Part shown: positions 1-11,085 of the stretch, in pieces | Numbering within the stretch: the first letter of the stretch is position 1 | Layout of the letters: every line of letters begins with the position of its first letter | IMG/VR virus record: IMGVR_UViG_3300017978_000305 | Coordinates: 10,231 to 74,230 of that record | Reading direction: 5' to 3' (one strand) | Length of the DNA: 64,000 nt | Source: a virus | The notes under the pieces: model-generated | Databases searched by the model: none | Told to the model about the DNA's origin: nothing | What the model saw: the letters and a program-made list of their open reading frames with translations, nothing else | Made by a program: the position numbers and the translations under genes

Positions 1-3000
1 ACTGCTGGTGTTCGTCAAGGAAAAGATGATGCCGTAAGAGCAGGAGCTGAAGTGGGAGAGGCTGTCGCTGATGGTGCAGAGGCTACATCTGGTAGAAGGT
101 CAAGAAGAGTTTCTGCTCCACAAACAAACTTTTCTCAGATTCCTGCAGGAAGCCAGTCTAGGAAAATTCCAAACAATACTCCAAGAAGATCTACTGGTCT
201 TGGAACCAAGGAACTTAGGGAGCAGGCCCAAGCAGCTGAAAAGGTTACCGTAGCAACTGAAGAGCAGACTACTTCTATAAAGTCATCTCAGTCCAAAATG
301 GACAGACTTAATAACACCCTGATGCAGGGAACTTTTGCACTAACTTCACTTGCTGGTGTTGGAATTATGGCTGGTGGCACAATTGGTCAGGTATCTCAAA
401 AGATATTTGAGCTTTCTGGTGGACTCTTTGCACTGATGCAAATTACTCAGCTTTTAACTCAAGCTAAGATTTTAGAGCTTGTACAATCTAGAGCAAAAGC
501 AGCGGCAGATGCCATTGAGATAGCTACAACTGCTGGAAAGATAGCTGCAAATGGTGGGTTTATTGCATCGATGGTCACCGCAGCGGTAGCAGTAAGAGCA
601 TTCTTAGGGCCAATTGGGCTAATAACTCTAGCAATCACAGCCGCTGTCGGAGGAATATTCCTTCTAGCTGGATACATGGAAGATCAGAAGAAAAAGGTTT
701 CTGGCCTTGGCGATACAGCATTCATGACTGCAGAAAAGATGAAGAAGGCTGGAGATCTGCTAGGGTTTACTCCTAAGACCACTGCTTTTGGTCAGAATAT
801 TGAGCAGGGATCTGCTGCAGCTCGTGGCTCCGAAGAAGCCTCCATGATTAACGAGCTTCGATCCAGTGAAGACTTCAAGACAAGCTTTGCAGATCAGATT
901 AACGCAATTAAGAATGCTACCAAGGGTCAGGCTGAAGCAGCCCTTGCTGCTGTCTCTAACCAACTATTTGCTGCTGGGGCATCCCAAGAGCAGGTTGATG
1001 CATACGTAAGAGCTATTGCACAAGAGGCAGGACAGACAAGCCTATCGTTTGATTTTGCAAACATTGACTTTGCCAAGAGTGGTAAAGACCAGATCGTAAA
1101 AGCAGCACAGGATTCTTCAAAGCTGTTCCAGGATTCATTCCAGGCTGGATTCAAAAAGGGTGGATATCAACAAAAAGAATTCTTGGGCGTAAGGTCAGTA
1201 CTCAAGACAGTAGACTCTTTGTCTCAAGAGGCTAAAGCTGCTGCATCTACTTTCGCTGGAACAACCGCCTCCTCGTTGCAGGCACTTAAGGATGGCCTTG
1301 CCAACAACCTAATAACTGCAAAGGATTTTGGTCTTGGTCTTGAAGGAGTTATGACAACTCTGGGAGAGCTAGATGAATCTCAGATGAAGCTGGTATTGCC
1401 AGACCTATACAAGAAGCTTGGCGTGGAAGATCTCATGAGGGAAATTCCTTTGGTTAGCGATCAGCTACTGCTGCTACAGGCAGATGCTGCTGGCATTGAA
1501 ATTCCAGAGACAGACAAGAATGCCCTTAAGAATGCAGACAAGAGTGCTAAGGCTGCGTCTGTTGCTCTTAGGGTTAGAACAAAGCTTAAGAAGCAAGTTG
1601 AAGAGCAAGCAATTGCTCAAGAAAAGGTAAACAAGAAGATAGAGGAAGAGGCTCTCATTAATGAGCAGATTGCCTCTGCTAACGTTGCTCTTGCAGATAG
1701 AGTTGTACAGCTAGAGAACCAGCAATATGCCTACGACTATCTGATTCAGCAAGGATATACAGCAGCACAGGCATTTGACCTAGCAGGAGATGCTGGTTTG
1801 GCTGCAGGTATTAAGGCAGCTACTGGTGCTGGAGTTGCTGCTAGCGAGTGGACAGACATGAAGAACCTGATTGACCAGGTTCTAAATCTAGAGAAGACTG
1901 CCCCTAAGGGCCCAGCTAGTGGTGGTGGAGAGAAGACTGCTCTACAGGAGGCAATGGACTCCTTGAAGGAGCAGAGGAAGGAAATCCTAGAGTCTAACTC
2001 TGCATTTGCCAAGCTACGTAAGGCAGGTTTTGATACTGCTGATGCTATGAAGGCTGCAGAAGATCCTATCTTGGCTGCTGCTCTAGCCACAACTAAGGTT
2101 GGAACAAAGCAGTGGTCAGACCTAATTAATAGAATTAAAGAGACACAAAGACTTTTATCTAAGAAGGAGATGCAGGACCTACTTCGTGGCGGTAAGGTTG
2201 AAATTGCAGAGCGTCGTGCCCAGGCAACAGTAAGCAATGCATTAACAACACTTGGATATACTGCTGAACAAATTGACGAGGTTCTGTCAGACCAAGAGTT
2301 TACGAATACCTTAGCTGCCGATCTAAAAGATGGTGGCATAAATGCTAAAGAGGTACTACAGAGACTTGCTCAGATTAAGCAGCTAGGAAGAATTGACGTA
2401 GACATTGCATTCTCTACCAAGGAGGGTGCTGCTGACGAGTTCCAGAAGAGATACGACAAGGTCGTAGGCTACCTAGAGGCTCAGAAGCAGACAATTCAGG
2501 TAGACTTTGAGGTAGATACTTTTGACGACAGCGTAGTTATTCGTAAGGCTGAAGAGCAGATTGCTGCAATCCAGTACAAGATTGATAACTATGAAGCACA
2601 GCTGACTGGCATTGAGGAGCAAGAGAGCACCATTAACGAGGCTTACGATGAGCGTAAGAAGGCTCTTGACGACGTTGCCAAGGCTAATGATGTTATAGCA
2701 AGACAGCAAAAGAACCAGCTAACTCTAGCAGATGCATTGTCTCAAGGTGATATTGCAGCAGCTGCCAAGGCAGCTCAGGATATGCGTGCTCAATCTTCTC
2801 AGGACGCTATTGCTAAGCAGGGAGATCAGCTAGAGCTTGCAAAGAATCAGCAAATAGCTAATCTAAGATCTGCTGACGGTAGGTCAAGAAAGCAAATTGA
2901 AGATGACATCAAGAAGCTAAAGAAAGAAATCTTCAATATTGAAGAGCAAACACTTGAGCCAGCTCGTGAAAATATTCGTCTTGCCGAAGTTGAAAAGAAT

Positions 3001-3942
3001 ACCAAGTTAGATTCTCTAAATCAGCAAATTCTAAAGTGGGACCAGCTTTCTGCAAAGGTAAACGAAGCCAAGCTAAAGCTAACACCAGAAGAGATGGCTG
3101 CTATGGACTATCAGGCAAAGCTAATTGCAGACCTTCTTGATAAGTGGGATAGCATCTCAGACAGAACAGCTATTCTTACAATCATTAAGAAAACTCTTGA
3201 TGAAGAGACTGGCACTGGTGGAACTCAGGGAGCTACTGGTGAATCATCTTCAAGCACTACAAGCTCTAGCACAACATCAAGTAGTTCTGGTGGCAACGGT
3301 GGAAAGTCAGACAAGCAGGATCAGACTGACGCACAAAAATCAGCAGCTGCACTAAAGGCATCTGGAATGAGCATTTCTGGATTCATAAAGAAGCAGGATG
3401 CGGAGGCAAAGGCCAAGAAGGAAGCTCAGGTTGCAGCAGATAAGAAGTCTTCTGCAGCAGCATTTAAAGCATCTGGAGCAAACGTTGCTGCGTTTATAAA
3501 GAAGCAAGAGTCAGTAGATGCTAAGAATGTAAAGATTGATGCAGCTAAGGCAGTTGCTAGCTCAATTATCAAGGATCTTAATATTGGTAGAAACATTGTA
3601 TTGGCTCCAAAGAAGTCAACAAACGTTAATCCTTATGGATATGCTCGTGGCGGAATGGTAAAGTACATGGCAGATGGTGGACTGTTTAGCTCCCTAGGCA
3701 CAGACACAGTACCATCCATGCTTACCCCAGGAGAGTTTGTAGTTAGAAGAAATGCTGTAAATAACTTTGGTGTTGATAAGCTAAAGGCAATAAATTCTGG
3801 CACATACAAGGGCGATTCAGTGTATAATTATGAGGTAAACATTAATGTACAGAGTAATGCTAATGCAGACCAGATTGCATCTTCCGTTATTGGAAAGATT
3901 AAGCAGATTGACTCTCAGCGTATCAAGGGGAACAGATTCTAA
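1..3942 (+). CDS. Tail tape measure protein, 5'-truncated by the window edge
   Basis: Frame 1 is open from base 1 (TAGVRQGKDD...). Long Ala/Lys/Glu-rich helical protein with a hydrophobic segment and C-terminal YARGG...GTDTVPSMLTPGEFVV motif typical of tape measure C-termini; followed by tail genes. Confidence 0.85.
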   Translation, partial: TAGVRQGKDDAVRAGAEVGEAVADGAEATSGRRSRRVSAPQTNFSQIPAGSQSRKIPNNTPRRSTGLGTKELREQAQAAEKVTVATEEQTTSIKSSQSKMDRLNNTLMQGTFALTSLAGVGIMAGGTIGQVSQKIFELSGGLFALMQITQLLTQAKILELVQSRAKAAADAIEIATTAGKIAANGGFIASMVTAAVAVRAFLGPIGLITLAITAAVGGIFLLAGYMEDQKKKVSGLGDTAFMTAEKMKKAGDLLGFTPKTTAFGQNIEQGSAAARGSEEASMINELRSSEDFKTSFADQINAIKNATKGQAEAALAAVSNQLFAAGASQEQVDAYVRAIAQEAGQTSLSFDFANIDFAKSGKDQIVKAAQDSSKLFQDSFQAGFKKGGYQQKEFLGVRSVLKTVDSLSQEAKAAASTFAGTTASSLQALKDGLANNLITAKDFGLGLEGVMTTLGELDESQMKLVLPDLYKKLGVEDLMREIPLVSDQLLLLQADAAGIEIPETDKNALKNADKSAKAASVALRVRTKLKKQVEEQAIAQEKVNKKIEEEALINEQIASANVALADRVVQLENQQYAYDYLIQQGYTAAQAFDLAGDAGLAAGIKAATGAGVAASEWTDMKNLIDQVLNLEKTAPKGPASGGGEKTALQEAMDSLKEQRKEILESNSAFAKLRKAGFDTADAMKAAEDPILAAALATTKVGTKQWSDLINRIKETQRLLSKKEMQDLLRGGKVEIAERRAQATVSNALTTLGYTAEQIDEVLSDQEFTNTLAADLKDGGINAKEVLQRLAQIKQLGRIDVDIAFSTKEGAADEFQKRYDKVVGYLEAQKQTIQVDFEVDTFDDSVVIRKAEEQIAAIQYKIDNYEAQLTGIEEQESTINEAYDERKKALDDVAKANDVIARQQKNQLTLADALSQGDIAAAAKAAQDMRAQSSQDAIAKQGDQLELAKNQQIANLRSADGRSRKQIEDDIKKLKKEIFNIEEQTLEPARENIRLAEVEKNTKLDSLNQQILKWDQLSAKVNEAKLKLTPEEMAAMDYQAKLIADLLDKWDSISDRTAILTIIKKTLDEETGTGGTQGATGESSSSTTSSSTTSSSSGGNGGKSDKQDQTDAQKSAAALKASGMSISGFIKKQDAEAKAKKEAQVAADKKSSAAAFKASGANVAAFIKKQESVDAKNVKIDAAKAVASSIIKDLNIGRNIVLAPKKSTNVNPYGYARGGMVKYMADGGLFSSLGTDTVPSMLTPGEFVVRRNAVNNFGVDKLKAINSGTYKGDSVYNYEVNINVQSNANADQIASSVIGKIKQIDSQRIKGNRF

Positions 3943-4583
3943 TGGCTAGTGAATCATACATGATTGGTCGTAAGAAGTATCAGCGACCACAGGCAATGAT
4001 GTGGTCAGAAAATTCTGGTACCCTGGTTGATGGACTGTATGTCCCAAATGGATTTGAGGTTGGTGCTAATACTGGATCTGAGACCAACGAAGATCTGTTT
4101 AATCAATTCCTGATACTTTCTGATGATAATCGTGGACCGATAGATTTTAAGCCAACAAGAATCGAAAACCGTAAGCGTATGGTTAACGGTAGAATGCGTT
4201 CATATCACATTGCAGATAAGCTAACTGTTTCAACATCCTGGGATATGCTTCCTTCAAGGTCTTACTATTTGAGACCAAACTTTAATCCAGAGACTGGAAA
4301 GTCTGAATACTATAACAACAGAGACCTTGAATTCACTACCGATGGCGGTGCAGGAGGAGTAGACATTCTTAGCTGGTACGAAGATCACAAGGGACCTTTC
4401 TGGGTTTATTTAGCCTATGACAAGCACTCAGTGTTTGGTGACGACGATTCTGCATACAGTCATCTTCCACAGTATAACCAGCTAATTGAGATGTACATTT
4501 CTGACTTTTCATACTCTGTAGTCAAGCGTGGTGGAAGTAATTATGACTTCTGGAATATCTCTGTTACGCTGGAAGAGGTGTAA
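3942..4583 (+). CDS. Minor tail protein (distal-tail position)
   Basis: 213 aa, coupled to the TMP stop; assignment rests on position directly after TMP. Confidence 0.55.
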   Translation: MASESYMIGRKKYQRPQAMMWSENSGTLVDGLYVPNGFEVGANTGSETNEDLFNQFLILSDDNRGPIDFKPTRIENRKRMVNGRMRSYHIADKLTVSTSWDMLPSRSYYLRPNFNPETGKSEYYNNRDLEFTTDGGAGGVDILSWYEDHKGPFWVYLAYDKHSVFGDDDSAYSHLPQYNQLIEMYISDFSYSVVKRGGSNYDFWNISVTLEEV

Positions 4584-7500
4584 ATGTTTGAAAGTGCAGA
4601 CTTAAAGAATCACCTAGAAACATCTTCTACAGTTAGAACCCAATCAGCAGTCATAGCTGAATGGAATATGAATATTGCAGAAAACATTTCTCTTGTTGGA
4701 AACTATCGCTACAGACCTACTGAGGGTCCTTCTGCTAAGTATGGCTTGCCAATTGGGTCTTTTGATCTTAATGACTCTGGAAACTTTTATACTAACGCAA
4801 CAGATGCAGATGTTGTAATTGACGGTGGTCTAGAGAATGATAACCAAACCCCTATAGCCTTTGTCAGCAAGAAAGAAAAAGAAAAGCTGCTCTACTCCCT
4901 TGAAGACTGCTTTGGAAAGTTTAGACCAAGATCAGGAATCAATAAGCTGAGATATTTTCCTGGTGCATACAGTCACTTTACTAACATAAACATGATTCGC
5001 AGGCCAAGGTATTACATGGCACATAAAGATGACTCGTTTAAGTATTGGTCCTCATACAGGACAGAGTACGGTGTTGAGAGGGGTATTGCGAATAAGCTTG
5101 TTAACGGACAATACTTTATTGATGATGCGTCTCCATTTGTAGTATACAAAGACATAGTCCCATCTAACCGCATTGTTGTTAAGATGCAGACAAACGTTGG
5201 TGAAGTAGACCTTGGTCCTTTTAGTACAACTGCTGGATCATTTCAGGATCCATTCTTTGGCAACCTAAATAAAACAACTCCAGTGAGATGGAAGGTCCAG
5301 GTTCTTAAAAGCAACAACTGGGTAGATGCTGTATCTTTTAATTCTGGATCTGCTAGAAGAGATGGCACTCCAATTATTGGATCAGATGGGTATGTAGAGC
5401 TATCGTATGGACTAGTTGTTCCAGAAAAGTATCGTGACATATTCGTAAAGGCAGAAGAGTATTTTACAGAAAGCTTTTTACCAGAAAGATCCATTAACGG
5501 ATATGCCTACCTGATCCGACAGAGCGACTCTGATGTTGGTGTATTCCATATCTGGATTGACTCTGCTGATACATACGAAACCTTTATTCCAGAATATGGC
5601 TGGTATCTAGAAGAGTCATCTGTAGATAGGCTAACCAATTTTGTTAATGATCTAACTTCACCATTGACTTATACAGATCCAACATCTAGTCAAACAAAGT
5701 ATAGAGAGTTTGATGAAGTATCTGGCCTTAGGGTTGTTGTAGATACTATGAATCGTGTAGATGCAATCTTTGACTTAATTGAGCTATCTCCAAGACTTGC
5801 TGTAAACCTTTCCGAGAAAACAGAATCTTTGAGCCTTACCAAGGCTGCCTCTGATCTTGGTAACAGCGGAATGCCAGTAGGTCAGCTCTTGGCAGGAGTT
5901 GGCTCGCTATCATTGTTTGACTATGACTTGGCTTTTAGCTCTCTTAATCAAAATAGCATAGTTTCAAAGTATCTTTCAAAAAATATTCAGTTTAAATTTT
6001 ATGAGGTAATTGTAGATGTAGATGGGTACGACTACTACATTCCACTAAAGACGATGTATTCAGAGGGTATTCCAGAGCTAAGCAGTAGCGATAGGTCAGT
6101 AGAGCTGACTCTAAGAGACATGTTCTTTTACTTTGAGTCGAAGTCAGCACCACAAATCTTGATACAGAATGCTTCAGTAAGCTATGCCGTTTCTCTATTG
6201 CTAGACTCTATTGGGTTTTCAAATTATGTCTTTAAGAGATTGTCAACGGAATCAGAGTCAGTCATTCCATACTTCTTTGTTTCTCCAGACAAAACAATAG
6301 CAGAAGTTCTAAATGATATTGCTGTTTCTACCCAGACCGCAATGTTCTTTGATGAGTATAACAATCTAGTTCTTATGAGTAAAGAGTATATGCTGCCACC
6401 AGAAACTTCTGAGAGGCCAACAGACATAACTCTTTACGGATCTAATGATTTTGAAACAGACGGTGCAATCAATAACAAGACTACAAATCAAAAGCTAGCT
6501 AATATTGTAGAGCTTAGCTCTCAGCAGGATCAGGTGTTTAATGATGGTCGTGTGTCGTATACCACCAGATATATTCAGAGGTCATATGGCTCACTCCGCC
6601 AAGCGTCAATGATTGACAAGGACAAGACCTGGATATACAAGCCAGTCCTTTTGTGGGAGGTTGCAGGAACAGAAAACACTAAGTCTGTCAATGATGTTGT
6701 TGGCAACCAATCTAACTTTGTTTTAGGTGCTATTCCACTAGAGTCTGAAATTACAAACGTTGTTCCATTTGTTCAAAATGGCATTATACAAAACAATGTC
6801 ATGAACTTTGGCGAGGGTATTTATTGGATAACTAGGTACAATGGATACTTTTATGCAAATGGAGAGATCATTAGGTTTGATGCTGTAGAGTATGAAATAC
6901 CAGGCGTTGATCGAAATGTTCTACAAAGAAGTGAAAACGGGCAGATTACTTCGTCTACTGTTTCTGGAAACTCTATTGGAAGAGTATGGATTACTAGCGT
7001 AAGAGAATACCAAAAGTATTTTTCAAAGCTTCCTTTTAATGGAAAGATGTATCCAACTGGTAGGGTAAGAATTTATTCTGAGCCAAACTATGTAACTGTT
7101 AATGGAATTGAAAAACTTGCAGATGGCCCAGTGGCAAAACATGGACGTGGACAATTTGGAACCCCAGTTGTCTCACATCCTGCAGGACTTTCTAGCTATT
7201 GGACACAGAACTCTTCTGTCCGTGGATGCTCCATGAAGTCGTCTCAGCTATTTGGTGCTGAAGAGGATACTGCAATTCAGTTGGGGGCAGCAGGCCAGAT
7301 TAACTCTGTAGCCATTAACTCCACAAGAACTGGAGTGATCAAAAACTTTTTAACTTACTCACCATCATCAGAGATGGTAACGCAAAATTCAATTGCTCCA
7401 GGAACAATACAGTCTTCTGCTTTTGTTTTCACTGGTCCATCTTTTACAACTACTCAAACCCCAATTGACTTTGTCTCTTATGTCTACAAGCCACTAGACA

Positions 7501-8948
7501 ATAGGTATAAGCACTTTGGAACAAGGGCTAGGATTATCGGTAAGATAGAGAATAGCGAGAACAGCGGACAGACTCCAACTGGTGCGTCTCAGTATTACAT
7601 TGGAAACCCAAACAGCCCTGTACAGCCAGTAACTATTAGCGGTGCCTCTGGTGGTTTGGCTGTGTTGCTAAACCCAGAAACCAATAATGGATACTACTTT
7701 GAGATTGCAGCATTAACAGAGAACAACATTGAGTCGTATGATAACGCTGATGCTATCCACAATATTCTTTTTTACAAGGTTGGAAAGTCTACTGATCCTA
7801 ATGAAACAAAGGCTGTTCCAATTAAGTTGTGGGGTGGTCTTGCTCAAATCCTGGTTGACGATGGTAAGTTTACTGGACAGTATAGGATGGCTAATGAGCA
7901 AAACCCAACGGTATATGATTTGGCGGTAGAGTACCAAGACGTAGGAACTTCCAGAAGATTCTTCTTGTACATTAATAATAAGCTTATCGCTACTGTGCTA
8001 GACGAGTCTCCTCTTCCAGTTTACAATAACATGGGGCTATTTGTTCGTGGATCCTCTAGGCTAATGTTCGAAAACATCTATGCAATTACAAATAACTATT
8101 CGCAAAATACAGTGTATGCCCTGGACACCCCAGTGAATGCAGCATTCTCTGAAGACGAGATTGACATGAACGAATCGTTCCGTAAATATTCTATGAGCGG
8201 AATAGTGCAGTCGAGCTATCTGTCTGGCATCAGTCCTGCTGAGCCACCAAGATACAGTATGTATTTTGAAGAATTTGGCACTATCATGAGAGAGGCTGCA
8301 TACTTTAACATAAGGTATGACAAAGCATTCCCAGCACTGTACGCAAAGCTGTCTCCAACCTTTAACAAGATTAAGGGGTATACGACTTCTGGTTTTATTG
8401 CAAGTGCCTATGGTGCTGAGTTTATGGTTTTTAATGCCACAGATACAGCACTTAGCCTAGACGAGACAAGCGGAAACTATTTAAGAATTCAGGGTGTAAC
8501 ATTTACACAAGAGTCTAGACACGAGTATAGCGTAGACGAGTATTTTGATAAGAAGAGCGACTACTCTAATCCACAGATTGTTTCAGGTCAGCTTGTTTCA
8601 TATCCGACAAAGTCTAAAAAAGACTATCAGGATATAAAGGTAAGTAGGCTAACTCATGGCAGAAAAGAATTCACACTTGATGCACCATACATTCAGTCTC
8701 ACGATGACGCTGAAAACCTTTTGGGTTGGATGATATCAAAGATAATGAAGCCAAGAAGATCTATTGGTCTTAAGGTTTTTGCTATGCCAACTCTACAGCT
8801 TGGAGATATTGTAGAAATTTCTTACAAGGATAGTGATGGAATTAACCAGGCTTCTCTAGATGGAGCAAGGTTTGTGGTTTATCAAATAGAGTATACTAAG
8901 ACAATTGATGGACCAGAGATGACAGTATTTTTAAGCGAGGTAGTGTAA
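4584..8948 (+). CDS. Large tail/baseplate hub-like protein
   Basis: 1454 aa, beta-rich, second gene after TMP; C-terminal 'PTLQLGDIVEI...VYQIEY' resembles tail hub C-termini. Confidence 0.6.
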   Translation: MFESADLKNHLETSSTVRTQSAVIAEWNMNIAENISLVGNYRYRPTEGPSAKYGLPIGSFDLNDSGNFYTNATDADVVIDGGLENDNQTPIAFVSKKEKEKLLYSLEDCFGKFRPRSGINKLRYFPGAYSHFTNINMIRRPRYYMAHKDDSFKYWSSYRTEYGVERGIANKLVNGQYFIDDASPFVVYKDIVPSNRIVVKMQTNVGEVDLGPFSTTAGSFQDPFFGNLNKTTPVRWKVQVLKSNNWVDAVSFNSGSARRDGTPIIGSDGYVELSYGLVVPEKYRDIFVKAEEYFTESFLPERSINGYAYLIRQSDSDVGVFHIWIDSADTYETFIPEYGWYLEESSVDRLTNFVNDLTSPLTYTDPTSSQTKYREFDEVSGLRVVVDTMNRVDAIFDLIELSPRLAVNLSEKTESLSLTKAASDLGNSGMPVGQLLAGVGSLSLFDYDLAFSSLNQNSIVSKYLSKNIQFKFYEVIVDVDGYDYYIPLKTMYSEGIPELSSSDRSVELTLRDMFFYFESKSAPQILIQNASVSYAVSLLLDSIGFSNYVFKRLSTESESVIPYFFVSPDKTIAEVLNDIAVSTQTAMFFDEYNNLVLMSKEYMLPPETSERPTDITLYGSNDFETDGAINNKTTNQKLANIVELSSQQDQVFNDGRVSYTTRYIQRSYGSLRQASMIDKDKTWIYKPVLLWEVAGTENTKSVNDVVGNQSNFVLGAIPLESEITNVVPFVQNGIIQNNVMNFGEGIYWITRYNGYFYANGEIIRFDAVEYEIPGVDRNVLQRSENGQITSSTVSGNSIGRVWITSVREYQKYFSKLPFNGKMYPTGRVRIYSEPNYVTVNGIEKLADGPVAKHGRGQFGTPVVSHPAGLSSYWTQNSSVRGCSMKSSQLFGAEEDTAIQLGAAGQINSVAINSTRTGVIKNFLTYSPSSEMVTQNSIAPGTIQSSAFVFTGPSFTTTQTPIDFVSYVYKPLDNRYKHFGTRARIIGKIENSENSGQTPTGASQYYIGNPNSPVQPVTISGASGGLAVLLNPETNNGYYFEIAALTENNIESYDNADAIHNILFYKVGKSTDPNETKAVPIKLWGGLAQILVDDGKFTGQYRMANEQNPTVYDLAVEYQDVGTSRRFFLYINNKLIATVLDESPLPVYNNMGLFVRGSSRLMFENIYAITNNYSQNTVYALDTPVNAAFSEDEIDMNESFRKYSMSGIVQSSYLSGISPAEPPRYSMYFEEFGTIMREAAYFNIRYDKAFPALYAKLSPTFNKIKGYTTSGFIASAYGAEFMVFNATDTALSLDETSGNYLRIQGVTFTQESRHEYSVDEYFDKKSDYSNPQIVSGQLVSYPTKSKKDYQDIKVSRLTHGRKEFTLDAPYIQSHDDAENLLGWMISKIMKPRRSIGLKVFAMPTLQLGDIVEISYKDSDGINQASLDGARFVVYQIEYTKTIDGPEMTVFLSEVV

Positions 8949-9457
8949 TGGAATCTAAGCCACTTTCCGTAAGCGATAACAGCTACGACTCTAACACTTC
9001 AGGCTCTATAAAGGTTGCAACTCCAGACATTATCCTTCTTACAGAAGAGGCCTTGTCGCCAGAGGTAATGACTGACCTAATCTTTGAAGACATCGGCGGT
9101 CAAGAGATTATTAGCATCGCTAGGAATGATATTGTCAATGGTCAGAATGTTTTATATCAACCAATTAAAAACATTAGCAGCCTGTTCTATCAGTACAATC
9201 CGCAAAACATTCTTGCTTTGCAGAAAACTGATAGAGAGTATTTTAAAAACTTCCCAATCCTACTTCAGTCCCATGTTCCTGAATGTGGTTCTGGGTATGA
9301 CGTTGTTAGCGGATCAAGTGTGCCAAACTGTAAGCATGTTTATGTAGATCCCATAACAAATAATTTAATTATCAATGTTGTAAATATGCTGCCTGGACAA
9401 GAGGTAGAGGTTCAAATAGTTACCACAGGCAACGTTCTTGATGATACAATATACTAG
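8948..9457 (+). CDS. Putative tail-associated protein
   Basis: 169 aa ORF coupled within the tail operon. Confidence 0.5.
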   Translation: MESKPLSVSDNSYDSNTSGSIKVATPDIILLTEEALSPEVMTDLIFEDIGGQEIISIARNDIVNGQNVLYQPIKNISSLFYQYNPQNILALQKTDREYFKNFPILLQSHVPECGSGYDVVSGSSVPNCKHVYVDPITNNLIINVVNMLPGQEVEVQIVTTGNVLDDTIY

Positions 9458-9463
9458 GATATT

Positions 9464-10645
9464 ATGATTACTAACACTGGAAAAGGCATTCTTGCCAAAT
9501 ACTTGATTGGACAAGCTCCATCATATGCGTCTTACATTGCTGTTGGTTGTGGGCCTCAGGCAATCAATAGCGAAGATCCTGGCTTTACTACAGAGCAAAA
9601 GGCTGAGTATTCTGCAAAGACTGTACTAGATTTCGAAATGTTTCGTGTTCCAGTAATATCTAGAGGGTATGTCAATGAGGCTGGCTCAGTAAAGCTTATC
9701 TTAACAGCAGAGCTGCCAACAGAAGAGAGATACGAGATAACAGAGCTTGGGGTGTTTTCAGCTGGATCAAATCCATCTGCAGGTGCCTTTGACAGCAAAA
9801 GCGTTTATTCTTTTACTCAGACAGAGGGCTGGGAATATCACACAAGCACTGGCGTTAAAGAGATTCCCACAGTATATGACCCTCTAGATAATGGAGACAA
9901 CATTATAACTGGGGAGTATTCTGTTAATGGTCAGTTTGTGGAAACTCCAGTGTTCCATACAAATGCAGACAACAGAACGTTTACAAATACAGCCAGAGTT
10001 AGCAGAAATGAGCGTTGCCGATTTTTGAATAACATAGTTATGATGGTTGGTAATGACTCCGTGCTTTCTAAGAATCCTGATGGATCAATTGATGTAGAGT
10101 CGGGAAACCACATTCACGTAACCAATGCATCCTTTAACTTTAATAAAAACGCTCCTACCGATGAGCTACGTCTAGCATTTTCGCTTATAAACAAGGGGTC
10201 TAGTTCTGAAACAAGTCCAGACAACGTAAAGATTTTAGTAGAGTTTTCTTCATCTGACACGTCCTCCTCTGGAGAGTACGCACAATTCTATATTGATATT
10301 GATAATGATTCTTTTAACGGAGACGCAGATCAGTCTGCTGACTTTGACTCTAATAGATACTTCGTTGTTTCAAAGCAGCTCCAGGATCTTTACTATACTC
10401 CAGGATTTAACTGGGACCTTGTAACAACTGTAAGGGTGTATGCCTCTGTAGAGTCCAACGGTGCAGCCTCTGATGAGTTCTATGTAGGGCTAGATGCAAT
10501 TAGGCTAGAAAACCTATCTACTAATAATCCACTTTATGGGCTCACTGCCTATTCTGTTGTGAAGACAGATGGAGCACTGCCAATTGTAAAGCTTGCCAAC
10601 ACTTCAAGCTTTATAGAGTTTAGAATTTCTGTGGGTGTGGAATAG
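9464..10645 (+). CDS. Putative tail/baseplate protein
   Basis: 393 aa; N-terminal 'MITNTGKGILAKYL...YIAVG' resembles baseplate/tail-fibre attachment N-termini. Confidence 0.5.
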   Translation: MITNTGKGILAKYLIGQAPSYASYIAVGCGPQAINSEDPGFTTEQKAEYSAKTVLDFEMFRVPVISRGYVNEAGSVKLILTAELPTEERYEITELGVFSAGSNPSAGAFDSKSVYSFTQTEGWEYHTSTGVKEIPTVYDPLDNGDNIITGEYSVNGQFVETPVFHTNADNRTFTNTARVSRNERCRFLNNIVMMVGNDSVLSKNPDGSIDVESGNHIHVTNASFNFNKNAPTDELRLAFSLINKGSSSETSPDNVKILVEFSSSDTSSSGEYAQFYIDIDNDSFNGDADQSADFDSNRYFVVSKQLQDLYYTPGFNWDLVTTVRVYASVESNGAASDEFYVGLDAIRLENLSTNNPLYGLTAYSVVKTDGALPIVKLANTSSFIEFRISVGVE

Positions 10646-11067
10646 TGGCAACTCCTGGAATCAAAAATGTAATTGTCTTGAAGCAGGATCTTCCTGCGGT
10701 AAATTCAGACAATCAGTATACTGTTAGATATCGTATAGTTACAGATGACCGTAACAGGTATTCAGAGTGGTCTCCAATATTTTTGGTTAACGGAAACTCT
10801 GTTACACAGCTAGACGCAGATGCATCCGTTAATGGCAGAGTAATATCTATTGTCTGGAGTGATCCAGAGCCAAGAGCAGGCTATGACGTATTCGTAAAGT
10901 TTGATAATGGAGAATATTACTACCATGGAAAATCTGTCACCACTAACTATTCTTTGATTAGCCAAGGCACAACCTCATTTAAATTCTTGATCCAGATTGA
11001 GAGTATAGAAAAGCAAATTAACGAATCAATACAAATCTATGAATCAGAAGTGATTCCTCTGGTATAA
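10645..11067 (+). CDS. Putative structural protein (Ig/FN3-like beta sandwich)
   Basis: 140 aa with 'YTVRYRIV...SEWSP' FN3-like pattern; in the tail operon. Confidence 0.4.
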   Translation: MATPGIKNVIVLKQDLPAVNSDNQYTVRYRIVTDDRNRYSEWSPIFLVNGNSVTQLDADASVNGRVISIVWSDPEPRAGYDVFVKFDNGEYYYHGKSVTTNYSLISQGTTSFKFLIQIESIEKQINESIQIYESEVIPLV

Positions 11068-11085
11068 TTTTCTTAGGAGAAAAAC

